A stretch of 64,000 nt of DNA. Source: Dendrobates tinctorius. Its lineage: Eukaryota. Below the pieces are notes generated by a model, which saw only the letters and a program-made list of their open reading frames with translations, did not search any database and had not been told where the DNA came from. A program made the position numbers and the translations under genes. The stretch lies in NCBI RefSeq assembly GCF_039654945.1, contig NW_027361870.1:17050001-17114000 (forward strand), written 5' to 3'. Shown here piece by piece: positions 38,501-50,500 of the stretch (positions are counted from its first letter, which is position 1; each line of letters begins with the position of its first letter).

Positions 38501-38937
38501 CTGAGCAGCGCTGGAACAGGAGCAGCGGGGACCTGAGCAGCGCTGGAACAGGAGCAGCGGGGACCTGAGCAGCGCTGGAACAGGAGCAGCGGGGACCTGA
38601 GCAGCGCTGGAACAGGAGCAGCGGGGACCTGAGCAGCAGGAACCTGAGCAGCGCTTGAACAAGAGCAGCGGGGACCTGAGCAGCGCTGGAACAAGAGCAG
38701 CGGGGACCTGAGCAGCGCTGGAACAAGAGCAGCGGGGACCTGAGCAGCGCTGGAACAAGAGCAGCGGGGACCTGAGCAGCGCTGGAACAAGAGCAGCGCT
38801 GGAAGAGGAGCAGCGCTGGAAGAGGAGCAGCGCTGGAAGAGGAGCAGCGGGGGACCTGAGCAGCGATGGAAGAGGAGCAGCGGGGACCTGAGCAGCGCTG
38901 GAAGAGGAGCAGCGGGGACCTGAGCAGCGGGGACCTG
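35517..38937. repeat. Minisatellite, 35-bp then 32-bp unit (CAG)CAGCGCTGGAACAGGAGCAGCGGGGACC(C/T)GAG, interrupted by a solo LTR
   Basis: Tandem copies at 35517-35943 and 36810-38937. Confidence 0.97.
35944..36809. mobile_element. Solo LTR inserted into the minisatellite
   Basis: Inverted termini TGTTGTGAGT ... ATTCATAACA; flanking AGCAGC duplicated; the array resumes in phase. Confidence 0.8.
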
Positions 38938-39019
38938 ACCAGTAGGGAATTGAACATGCATCTTTTTTTCATTTAAGCAATTCTGGACTGTTTTTCCTGA
39001 TCTATAGTAAAGTATAGTA

Positions 39020-41998
39020 AAAATGAAGCAAAACTTCTTTCCTGCATGCTGACCAACGCAAGAAGCCTGACCAATAAGAGTGAAGATCTGGAGTTGGTAA
39101 TGTATGAGGAAAAATACGACATAGTAGGAATAACTGAGAGATGGTTAGACGACAGCTAACTTTCAAGGATCTGATTTGTTTAGGAGGGATAGTAAAAAAA
39201 AGGAAAGGGGCTGGAGTCTGTCTATATATAAAGTCCACTTTAAAGCCCACACTAAGAGAAGATATACAAGAGGGAAATAAAGAGGTGGAGTCTCTATGGG
39301 TGGAGATACAAGGAGGGAAAAGTAATAAAATCCTCATAGGGGTTTGTTATAAGCCACCAAATATAACAGAAACCACTGAGAATGTATTATTGAAACAAAT
39401 AGACAAAGCAGCAAATCACAATGAGGTGATTATTATGGGGGAATTCAACTACCCCGACATAGACTGGGAAACTGAAACCTGCGTATCTCAGAAAGGAAAC
39501 CAATTTTTGTCAGTGACCAAGGATAATTATCTGTCACAACTTGTGCAGGGCCCAACTAGAGGGACAGCCCTTCTGGACTTAATTTTAAGCAACAGGCCAG
39601 ATAGAATAACAGAAGTACGAGTCGATGGGCACCGAGGGAGCAGTGACCACAATATAATACAATTCCACTTGTCCTTCAGTAAGGTGCCCTGGAAGGGGGT
39701 TACGAAAACGCTGAATTTCAGGAAAGCAAAGTTTGATCAGCTTAGAGAGGACCTTCGCCGAATTGATTGGGACGATGTCCTCAAAAATAGGAGCACAGAA
39801 AATAAATGGGAAATATTTAAATCAGTTTTACACACCCTCTGCGAGCTAGCCATTCCGTACAGAAATAAAAGGGCTAGGAACAGGAGAACACCAATATGGC
39901 AAAATAAGGATGTAAAAAGGGCAATAAATAACAAGAACAAGGCATTTAGGAAGCTAAAACAAGAAGGCAATGAAGAAGCATTAAAAAGTTATAGAGAAAA
40001 AAATAAAATGTGTAAAAAACAAATACATTTAGCAAAAGTGGAAACTGAGAGACTCATTGCTAAGGAAAGTAAAACAAACCCCAAACTATTCTTTAATTAT
40101 ATAAACAGTAAAATGATTAAAATTGATGGTGTCGGCCCTTTAAAGAACAATGAGGGTGAAATCAGAGAGCGATGTGGGAAAAGCAAATGTTTTAAATACT
40201 TTTTTCTCAACAGTGTTCACACAGGAAAAGGATTTGCCAGGGGAAATGCAGAGTGATAATGTAAACTCCCCATTAAGTATTGCCTGCCTAACCCAGGAAG
40301 AAGTGCAGAACCGCCTTAGTAAGATTAAAATTGACAAATCACCAGGCCCTGATGGCATTCACCCTCGTGTATTAAGGGAGTTAAGTAATGTGATAGACAG
40401 GCCTCTATTCCTTATATTTAAAGACTCTATAGAAACAGGGTCTGTTCCTTTTGATTGGTGGCAAGCAAATGTGGTACCAATATTCAAAAAGGGGTGTAAA
40501 AGGGAACCTGGAAACTATAGGCCGGTAAACTTAACATCTGCTGTGGGTAAAATTTTTGAAGGGTTTCTAAGGGATACCATTATGGAATATCTCGATGTTA
40601 ATAAATGTTTAACTCCATATCAACATGGATTTATGAAGGATCGCTCCTGTCAAACTAACCTGATCAGCTTCTATGAGGATGTAAGCTCTAAAATGGACCA
40701 AGGAGAATCATTGGATGTCATTTATCTTGACTTCTCTAAAGCATGTGACACTGTCCCACATAAAAGATTGGTAAGTAAGATGAGAAAGCTTGGGCTAGAG
40801 GAAAATGTGTGTAGATGGGTAGGTAGCTGGCTTAGTGATAGGAAACAAAGAGTGGTTATTAATGGTGTATACTCAGATTGGGCCAGGGTTACTAGTGGGG
40901 TACCACAGGGTTCTGTATTGGGCCCCCTACTATTTAATATATCTATTAATGATCTAGTGGATGGATTACACAGTAAAATATCAGTATTTGCAGATGATAC
41001 AAAACTATGTAAGGTAGTTAACACAAAGGAGGACAGTTTGCAACTACAGACAGATTTGAGTAAATTGGAGAATTGGGCTGAAAAATGGCAAATGAGGTTT
41101 AACACAGATAAGTGTAAGGTTATGCACATGGGAAGGAGAAACAGATGCTACAATTACTTACTAAATGGGAAACTGCTGGGGAAATCAGACATGGAAAAAG
41201 ACTTAGACATCTTAAACAATAAGAAGCTAAATTGGAGTGCCCAGTGTCAGGCAGCTGCCACCAAAGCAAATAGGGTCATGGGATGCATTAGAAGAGGTCT
41301 GGGGACACGAGATGAAAACATAATTCTCCCTCTGTACAAATCACTCGTCAGACCACACTTGGAGCATTGTGTGCAATTTTGGACTCCGGTGCTCAAGAAA
41401 GACATTACTGAACTTGAAAGGGTTCAAAGGCGGGCTACTAAAATGATAAATGGGGTTGGTTCACTGCAATACCAAGAAAGGTTATCAAAATTAGGTCTAT
41501 TTACGCTAGAAAAGAGAAGACTTAGGGGAGACCTAATATATATATGTACAAGTATATCAGAGGGCAATACAGAGATCTCTCCAATGAACTGTTTGTACCA
41601 AGGACTGTGACAAGAACAAGGGGGCATTCTCTTCGTTTGGAGGAAAGACAATTTCTGCACCAGCATAGAAGAGGGTTCTTCACGGTAAGAGCAGTGAGGC
41701 TCTGGAAGTCTCTTCCTGAGGAAGTAGTGATGGCCAACTCACTGAATGAATTTAAGAAAGGAATGGATGCTTTTCTTGTGAGTAACAGTATAGACGGTTA
41801 CGAATAACATAATGTTATAGGTAGATGGTTGACCCAGCTTAGGGGAAGGAATTTTTTCCCTATGGAGAAAATCGGCTTCTACTCTGTGGGTTTTTTGCCT
41901 TCCCCAGGATCAACAATGTAGAACAGCTGCACTAAAATAGGCTGAACTAGATGGACATAAGGTCTTCCTTCAGCCTTCAAAACTATGTTACTATGTTA
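39020..41998 (+). mobile_element. CR1-clade LINE, 5'-truncated; near-complete ORF2 (APE endonuclease + reverse transcriptase) with frameshifts
   Basis: ORFs 39141-40256 (GVCYKPPN, MGEFNYPDIDW, SSDHN), 40150-41610 (KSPGPDG, NYRPVNLTS, YLDFSKA, GVPQGSVLGP, FADD) and 41544-41807 (TRGHSLRL). Tail (CTATGTTA)2. Confidence 0.95.
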
Positions 41999-42837
41999 TC
42001 CATAGGATAGGGGGGATAACTTACCGATAGTTCTAGATGCGGCAACTGGGACCCCTGTGAACATGAGAACATGGCTCTGGAATGCGAGAAGCTGACTATG
42101 CTGAGTGCTGTCTTAGATGGGAGCCTCCAGAGAAAATGTGCCGCTATTTCCTACAGTCCCACCTCCAGTTAGAAATGTAGTATAGTTCTTCTGATTCACC
42201 ATGTCACTTACTCCATGTGCATGGTGTTGCAGTAGCTTAGGAATCTATGGTTACGACCAGTAGTGTAGTGAGTTAGTTGTTAGTGATCTTATCCATGGAT
42301 ACCTAAAGTACTGAAATGCCTGCACATGTGGTAAGCGACATAGCTCATCAGAAGAACTGCACAACATTTCTAATTGGATGTATTTGATAATATTGTCATT
42401 ATTACACCAACTACACATTGGGATAAGATCTTGGAGATGGGAATACCTCTTTAAAGACACTGTGTACACATAGCCATTGGTTGTTATTCTACCAGCTGCC
42501 GAGGTTATCACACAACTTTCCCGGCATCCTGAAAAGTAAATGCGTTTACACCTACAGTCCTATGAAGCAATGCAGCTTTTAGGAGCGCCTTCTCTGACTT
42601 CTAAGAATAAAGCATTTCCAGAAAAAGATTTTGTTCCAAAATGCAAACCCCCTTGTGACGAGCATTCTCTGGCTCTAACACTCCTGTACGTAGAGGCAGA
42701 TCAGATGACTCTCCAGGATTATGGAGGATCTGTACACTACCCTTATGTATCACCGCCAGGGCAAGTCACACAGCCCATAAAGTATTCACCCCCTGGGCCA
42801 GATGTGGACAGCGATTCCTGTAATGACTAGTTCCTAC

Positions 42838-42861
42838 CTTGACAACCAGTTTGGAAGACAT
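42838..42861 (-). CDS. slx4ip: First coding exon of the SLX4-interacting protein (partial CDS MSSKLVVK; exon 42887-42838)
   Basis: Acceptor TTGTTGCTCCTTCCAG|, 26 nt of UTR, ATG TCT TCC AAA CTG GTT GTC AAG, donor |GTAGGA in phase 0. Resembles recalled human SLX4IP MASKKFAVK|, and lies head-to-head with the MKKS 5' exons as in mammals. The next coding exon was not found in the window. Confidence 0.72.
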
Positions 42862-44195
42862 CACGTCACGCCGTCCAGACACGAGACCTGGAAGGAGCAA
42901 CAAAGAACGAGATCGGTTACCGGAGGAGGTCATACTCCGTGACTCCGCAGAACATGGCAGCAGGGGACGCCCGAGGGGGATAACCCTCACATTGCCCCAG
43001 CCGGGCAGATCCCAGGACATAAGTATGTACCGATCGTCAGAGGAGGACAACCCTATCGCTGCGCTGTCACATTACGGCTTATTAGTGCAATTTTACGGCA
43101 ATAAATGGTAATTTGACAGCACCACGTTAATATGGCCTTCCGCACAAACACTGTATGTATGCTAGATAAGTATATACCGTATACTGTATAGAGACCATGC
43201 AATATTTGCTCTAGATTTTAAAGGTTATTCTCGTCTTAGAAAGTCATCTCCCAACTACACCACCAGGACCCCGACTGATCCGGAGGATGGGCTCCACTGA
43301 TCCTGGAGCGATGGCCGACCATGCGCCCCCCACTCTATTTATTGCCATTTGGACTGCAGGAGAACGGTGATCACTGACGATCTCTAGCTGTCACCTATGC
43401 AATAAATGAAGTGGTGACGCTCATGTGCGACTTTCGCTCCACTCAGATGGGGCACTACAGAGCCCCCTTCTCAGCCTCAGCCCCTATAACCAATGAGCAG
43501 AGCGATGGTGGGCAGGTGGGACCACTGCTGTATTCAAATTCAACCTCCTGCCTCAATCTTGGGATCAGTGAAGGTCACAGCGATCGAACCCCCCGGAAAT
43601 TGGCAAGGTATCCCATATCCTGTGGGCAGGAGAAACATCTCTAAGATGAGAATATCCCTTTAAAGTACAGCGTCGCCCGCAGGTTTGAGGGGAAATTCAA
43701 AGGCTGCACATCTCGCTGCTCACAGTTCTAGAACAGCCCATTTACAGGAAACCACCCAATTCTCATGAATGGAGGAATATTCAGACACAGACATTACAGC
43801 TGCAAAATCTGCAACGTGGGACTCGACCCTTACACTGCCAGCACCAGAAGAGAATGCTGCAAAACACAATGGGGCGTTAGACCCTATTTATATGAAAGGG
43901 AATAACATGTTGATCATTGGGGGTCCAACCACTGCTGGCTCGAATCAGCAGTAATGAGCCGGCAGAAGAGCGCACTGTCAGTGCACGCTGTGAGAATACC
44001 TGGCGAGCATATACCGGCGACATCACTTATGGCAGTGTTCCCCAACTCCGGTCCTCAAGAGCCACTAACAGTTCATGTTTTCAGGATTTGTTTAGTATGG
44101 CACAGGTGATAATTGCAGTACCTGCACAGGCAATACTAATGAAATCCTGAAAACATGACCTGTTGGTGGCTATTGAGAACTGGAGTTGGGGAACA

Positions 44196-44839
44196 TGAGG
44201 ACGAGTGACCTCATGGAGATCAACATCCGACACTGCGGAGACACCATCACATGTTTCTCAACGCAGTGATTCTAGAGCACTGCCCCCATCCCTTATGGGA
44301 AATATGCAAAAACATGTAAATCAACAACCGCGGAGACACCATCACATGTTTCTCAACACAAGCAATGACCAGCCAGGTCATTGGAGACTTCCCTTCCCGT
44401 GGTTGGTCCTTTTCGGGGAAAGACCTGGCTAGTCATTGCTTGCGTTGAGAAACATGTGATGGTGTCTTCGCGGCTTCTGTTTTGCATGTTTTGCATATTT
44501 CCCATAAGGGATGGGGGCAGTGCTCTAGAATCACTGCGTTGAGAAACACGTGATGGTGTCTCCGCAGTGTTGGATGTTGATCTCCATGAGTTCATTCATC
44601 CTCATTTTTCACAGTCTTTTACTAGGCATTGCTCCTACTAGCCAGTTTCCTACTCCACACTGATGAGGGGCAAATAACCCGAAACAGCTGTCTGTGGATG
44701 GATACCACGTTTTGGCATAGGTGGTTTCCTTCATTGTAGACTGCCCTTCCCGTGGTTGTTCCTTCCTGGTGAAAGACCTGGCTAGTCATTGCTTGCGTTG
44801 AGAAACATGTGATGGTGTCTCCGCGGCTGTTGACTTACA
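44196..44839 (+). mobile_element. Penelope-like non-autonomous fold-back retroelement with a hammerhead ribozyme
   Basis: 15-bp TSD TGGAGTTGGGGAACA at 44181-44195 and 44840-44854. 44197-44311 is inverted at about 44489-44603; 44380-44475 is directly repeated at about 44733-44828. Confidence 0.82.
44654..44698 (+). ncRNA. Minimal type I hammerhead ribozyme
   Basis: TCCACA-CTGATGA-GGGGCAAATAACCC-GAAA-CAGCTG-TC-TGTGGA: perfect stem I, CUGAUGA, stem II, GAAA, loopless palindromic stem III, and GUC site (cleavage after 44692). Confidence 0.88.
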
Positions 44840-45589
44840 TGGAGTTGGGGAACACTGATTTATGGGGATGGTGCTGCTCTCTGCACACCGGGAGCGTGCT
44901 TTCCTAATGGCTTGTTACTGCTGATCTGAGCCAGAGAGAGTGCACTGTCCATGCACGGTGTGAATACCTGGCGTGCAGTGACATCACTGACGGGAACTGC
45001 GGGTATTCTGACAAGTACTAAGAGTGTGCTCTCCTGCCAGCTTGTTACTGCTGATCTGAACCAGCGAGAGCGCACTGTCACTGTGCACATTGCGCAGGGA
45101 CTAGTCCAGCCCCAGAAACGAAGGTCACTGATGACACCTCATTTCAGGGCAGAGGCTGCAGCAGTGAACACAGCACCTGCCTCCTGATGATGCTTCGTAT
45201 GAGTATCCATACATGCACTGGGATTCTCAAACAAAGCATCATAAAAAAGTGAAAAAATAAAAGATATTGTAGCTACAGAAGGATAGGGAATTTTTAATTC
45301 AAGAATATTAGAAAATAGCTTAGATTATAGCACTAAATAGATCGGGATTAATTATGAACATTACTTTGTATGTCGGACCACCCTTTAGCCTCAGCCCCCC
45401 CTGTGCAATGCACCAGCTGCATAATACAAAATGTACCTCAGGTAAATTCGGCATGTAGTATCCTGGAATGACCACCAGGTGGCAGCACAACCTCGGATTA
45501 TATAACTGACCCGCTTTACTTTCTGGCTCATACGCGCGAGTCACACACAGTTCACTTTGCTGATAAACATAAAGAAAACAAAAACTCAC

Positions 45590-45930
45590 TTATTCTACAT
45601 CTAGTTGTTACCTCTCTCTGTCTACAATACTCGGGCGCCCATCTACAGGGAGCAGACCACAGGGAGACCTGAAATCGGCGGCAAGGAAATGGACAAATAA
45701 GGGCAACCGCTGTCTTTGAGCACCATACGTTGCCCAAATCAAATATGGCCGCTGAACTACGGTGTCTGAGGAGAGACAAAACGCAGAGTGCTAGCGCGAA
45801 TAATAAAAGCATGAGAGTGACAGAGGGAGGCAAAGCATAGCCGTCTTGTGGGCGAGGGATTTGTAGTTAGCAGTTTTTTTAAAGGTTGTTTAGCTCATTT
45901 AGATTTTCACTCACAAAAATGGCGGCTGAA
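45590..45930 (-). promoter_or_regulatory. slx4ip: Candidate slx4ip promoter and non-coding 5' exon
   Basis: ZNF143-type motif GGGATTTGTAGTT at 45856-45868 and YY1 motif AAAATGGCGGC at 45916-45926; CpG-containing. Minus-strand donors AA|GTGAGT (exon end 45590) and AG|GTAACA (exon end 45612). CTCF-like CCACCAGGTGGCAG at 45472-45485. Confidence 0.55.
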
Positions 45931-47518
45931 TAAAAAAAAGAGGGTGTTATTATTATGATCCTTGGGGTCTTAGACTGTGATTGTGAAGAGGTGGCCTTAA
46001 TCCCTGGGGATTGTATGAGGGCACAGCCACTTAAAGGGGCATACTGGTAGATAGAATTTATGGGCAGAGCATAACCTGTAGATCGATGGGGTCTGACTGC
46101 TAGGATGCCCACTAGTGATGAGTGAGCATGCTCGAGGGTTATCCGGATATTTTGGACGTGCTCGATTAATATGCTCGAGTCCCTGCATGACTCACGGCTG
46201 TTAGGCAATCCCCGTATGTGTTGAGGATGTCTAACAAATCATTCAGCCGCAGGGACTTGAACATGGTAATCGAGCACGCCCAAGATACTCGGATAACACC
46301 GGCGCGTGCGGATGTCAGAGCACGCTCGCTCATCACTGAAGCCCACCAATCACCAGAAAGGATCCCTTTTGATCCCCTTAACGTACAGTGGCAGTGCACA
46401 TATCAGAGACCACTGTTAATTCCCTGTGGGGCTGTGGAAGAACCCGAGTCCAGCACTCAGTCTTATAGGTAATGAATAAGGCGGCAGTCGGGAATGTACA
46501 CCGCTTCTCCATTCTTTATAGGTCAGATGGAAAAAGGAATAAAAGGGGCCCTTTCCGGCGATAGTGTTTTCAAACCAGAATGCCCCTTTAAGGCCAGGGT
46601 TACGCGCCGAGCTGCGTGCACCCGTCATCACAGGCGCACAGTGACGCTGTGGGAGGTGATTGACAGGATAATGTAGTACCGAGGCAGAGTTATCCTCCAG
46701 GCAGTGACCTCCCCATAGGCTAGAAGAGGTCAATTATATAAAGTGATAAAAGCGGATATCTCAAAAACAAGGCATCTGATATGGGACATACAGGCATCAC
46801 TCTCCCCAGCAGTCTACAACCTGTATGCCCATATTAATAGCTTAGATAGGTCAAATATGGTGACTGATTCCCTTTAAGGCCGGGATCACACTACCGTGTC
46901 TCCAGGACTTTAAAAAAAATGTGCCTAAGCACTAACAGGCACGTAGTGGCTAACAGAGGAAACTACCTACTTTTTATACCCGGCACCGGTCACTGACTGC
47001 TCCTGCCAGAGATTCAGCAGCTCCCTGTCAACAGAGCAGTGATTTCTCTTCTGTTGACAGAGCGGGACTACCGGCGTCATGCTGATTGACAGCCAGCTTC
47101 GTCCAATTAGGCAGCGAGGAGTCGGCTGTCAATCAGCATGACGCCAGTAGTCCCGCTCTGTCAACAGGAAAAGAAACTGCCACTCTGTGACGACAGCTGA
47201 AATCTGTGATCGCTCTGTGCCAGTGGAGAATGGATATTCCCTTTAAGGGTCTTTATTTACCAAGTGCAACCTGCATCTTCCATTTACTGCAAAAGGACTT
47301 CAGATTGGGTTTGGCTAAGGGTATGTTTTATTCAGAATGTATTCACATTGAAGATATCTCATGCGTTTACTTAAGACTCTGTGTTAGAAATCGGAGGCAC
47401 CGTGTGTGGTTTCTGCCATGGATTTGCAATTTAAACCCCCATGGGCCCACACTTGGGGTGGCCGCATTCAGTGTGGCTAATCTATGTGCTACTGCACCAA
47501 GGCGGGAGCCACTAGGAG

Positions 47519-50500
47519 GCTGCTTCAATAAGACGACAGGTGACATAGTGACGCTGCTTCAATAAGACGACAGGTGACATAGTGACGCTGCTTCAATAAG
47601 ATGACAGGCGACATAGTGACGCTGCTTCAGTAAGATGGCAGGCGACATAGTGACGCTGCTTCAATAAGACGACAGGCGACATAGTGACGCTGCTTCAATA
47701 AGACGACAGGTGACATAGTGACGCTGCTTCAATAAGATGACAGGCGACATAGTGACGCTGCTTCAGTAAGATGACAGGCGACATAGTGACGCTGCTTCAA
47801 TAAGACGACAGGCGACATAGTGACGCTGCTTCAGTAAGATGACAGGTGACATAGTGACGCTGCTTCAGTAAGATGACAGGCGACATAGTGACACTGCTTC
47901 ATTAAGATGACAGGTGACAGGTGACATAGTGACACTGCTTCAGTAAGACGACAGGCGACATAGTGACGCTGCTTCAATAAGACGACAGGTGACATAGTGA
48001 CGCTGCTTCAATAAGATGACAGGCGACATAGTGACGCTGCTTCAGTAAGATGACAGGCGACATAGTGACGCTGCTTCAATAAGACGACAGGCGACATAGT
48101 GACGCTGCTTCAGTAAGATGACAGGTGACATAGTGACGCTGCTTCAGTAAGATGACAGGCGACATAGTGACACTGCTTCATTAAGATGACAGGCGACATA
48201 GTGACACTGCTTCAGTAAGATGACTGGCGACATAGTGACACTGCTTCATTAAGATGACAGGTGACATAGTGACGCTGCTTCAGTAAGATGACAGGTGACA
48301 TAGTGACGCTGCTTCAGTAAGATGACAGGCGACATAGTGACGCTGCTTCATTAAGATGACAGGCGACATAGTGATGCTGCTTCAATAAGACGACAAGTGA
48401 CAGTGACGCTGCTTCAGTAAGATGACAGGCGACATAGTGACGCTGCTTCAGTAAGACGACAGGCGACATAGTGACGCTGCTTCAGTAAGATGACAGGCGA
48501 CATAGTGACGCTGCTTCAGTAAGACGACAGGCGACATAGTGACGCTGCTTCAATAAGACGACAGGTGACATAGTGACGCTGCTTCAGTAAGATGACAGGT
48601 GACATAGTGACGCTGCTTCAGTAAGATGACAGGTGACATAGTGACGCTGCTTCAGTAAGATGACAGGTGACATAGTGACGCTGCTTCAGTAAGATGACAG
48701 GTGACATAGTGACGCTGCTTCAGTAAGATGACAGGCGACATAGTGACACTGCTTCAGTAAGATGACAGGTGACATAGTGACGCTGCTTCAGTAAGATGAC
48801 AGGTGACATAGTGACGCTGCTTCAGTAAGATGACAGGTGACATAGTGACGCTGCTTCATTAAGATGACAGGCGACATAGTGACGCTGCTTCATTAAGATG
48901 ACAGGCGACATAGTGATGCTGCTTCAATAAGACGACAAGTGACAGTGACGCTGCTTCAGTAAGATGACAGGCGACATAGTGACGCTGCTTCAGTAAGACG
49001 ACAGGCGACATAGTGACGCTGCTTCAGTAAGATGACAGGCGACATAGTGACGCTGCTTCAGTAAGACGACAGGCGACATAGTGACGCTGCTTCAATAAGA
49101 CGACAGGTGACATAGTGACGCTGCTTCAGTAAGATGACAGGCGACATAGTGACGCTGCTTCAATAAGACGACAGGCGACATAGTGACACTGCTTCAGTAA
49201 GACGACAGGTGACATAGTGACGCTGCTTCAGTAAGACGACAGGCGACATAGTGACGCTGCTTCAATAAGACGACAGGTGACATAGTGACGCTGCTTCAGT
49301 AAGATGACAGGCGACATAGTGACGCTGCTTCAATAAGACGACAGGTGACATAGTGACGCTGCTTCAGTAAGATGACAGGTGACATAGTGACGCTGCTTCA
49401 GTAAGATGACAGGTGACATAGTGACGCTGCTTCAGTAAGATGACAGGTGACATAGTGACGCTGCTTCAGTAAGATGACAGGTGACATAGTGACGCTGCTT
49501 CAGTAAGATGACAGGCGACATAGTGACACTGCTTCAGTAAGATGACAGGTGACATAGTGACGCTGCTTCAGTAAGATGACAGGTGACATAGTGACGCTGC
49601 TTCAGTAAGATGACAGGCGACATAGTGAAGCTGCTTCATTAAGATGACAGGCGACATAGTGACGCTGCTTCATTAAGATGACAGGCGACATAGTGATGCT
49701 GCTTCAATAAGACGACAAGTGACAGTGACGCTGCTTCAGTAAGATGACAGGCGACATAGTGACGCTGCTTCAGTAAGACGACAGGCGACATAGTGACGCT
49801 GCTTCAGTAAGATGACAGGCGACATAGTGACGCTGCTTCAGTAAGACGACAGGCGACATAGTGACGCTGCTTCAATAAGACGACAGGTGACATAGTGACG
49901 CTGCTTCAGTAAGATGACAGGCGACATAGTGACGCTGCTTCAATAAGACGACAGGCGACATAGTGACACTGCTTCAGTAAGACGACAGGCGACATAGTGA
50001 CGCTGCTTCAGTAAGACGACAGGCGACATAGTGACGCTGCTTCAATAAGACGACAGGTGACATAGTGACGCTGCTTCAGTAAGATGACAGGCGACATAGT
50101 GACGCTGCTTCAATAAGACGACAGGCGACATAGTGACGCTGCTTCAATAAGACGACAGGTGACATAGTGACGCTGCTTCAGTAAGACGACAGGCGACATA
50201 GTGACGCTGCTTCAGTAAGACGACAGGCGACATAGTGACGCTGCTTCAGTAAGATGACAGGCGACATAGTGACGCTGCTTCAATAAGACGACAGGTGACA
50301 TAGTGACGCTGCTTCAGTAAGATGACAGGCGACATAGTGACGCTGCTTCAGTAAGACGACAGGTGACATAGTGACGCTGCTTCAATAAGATGGCAGGTGA
50401 CATAGTGACACTGCTTCAGTAAGATGACAGGTGACATAGTAACGCTGCTTCAATAAGACGACAGGTGACATAGTGACGCTGCTTCAGTAAGATGACAGGT

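Larger units (their letters stand above)
44033..44857. mobile_element. hAT MITE hosting the second hammerhead element in its right TIR
   Basis: TIRs CAGTGTTCCCCAACTCC / GGAGTTGGGGAACACTG; 8-bp TSD ACTTATGG/ATTTATGG. Confidence 0.8.

Noticed and set aside
36699-38972. Very long ORFs (680-757 aa) on the minus strand
   Set aside because: They are translations of a 32-bp repeat with no stop codon on that strand; all three frames are open and the peptides are periodic.
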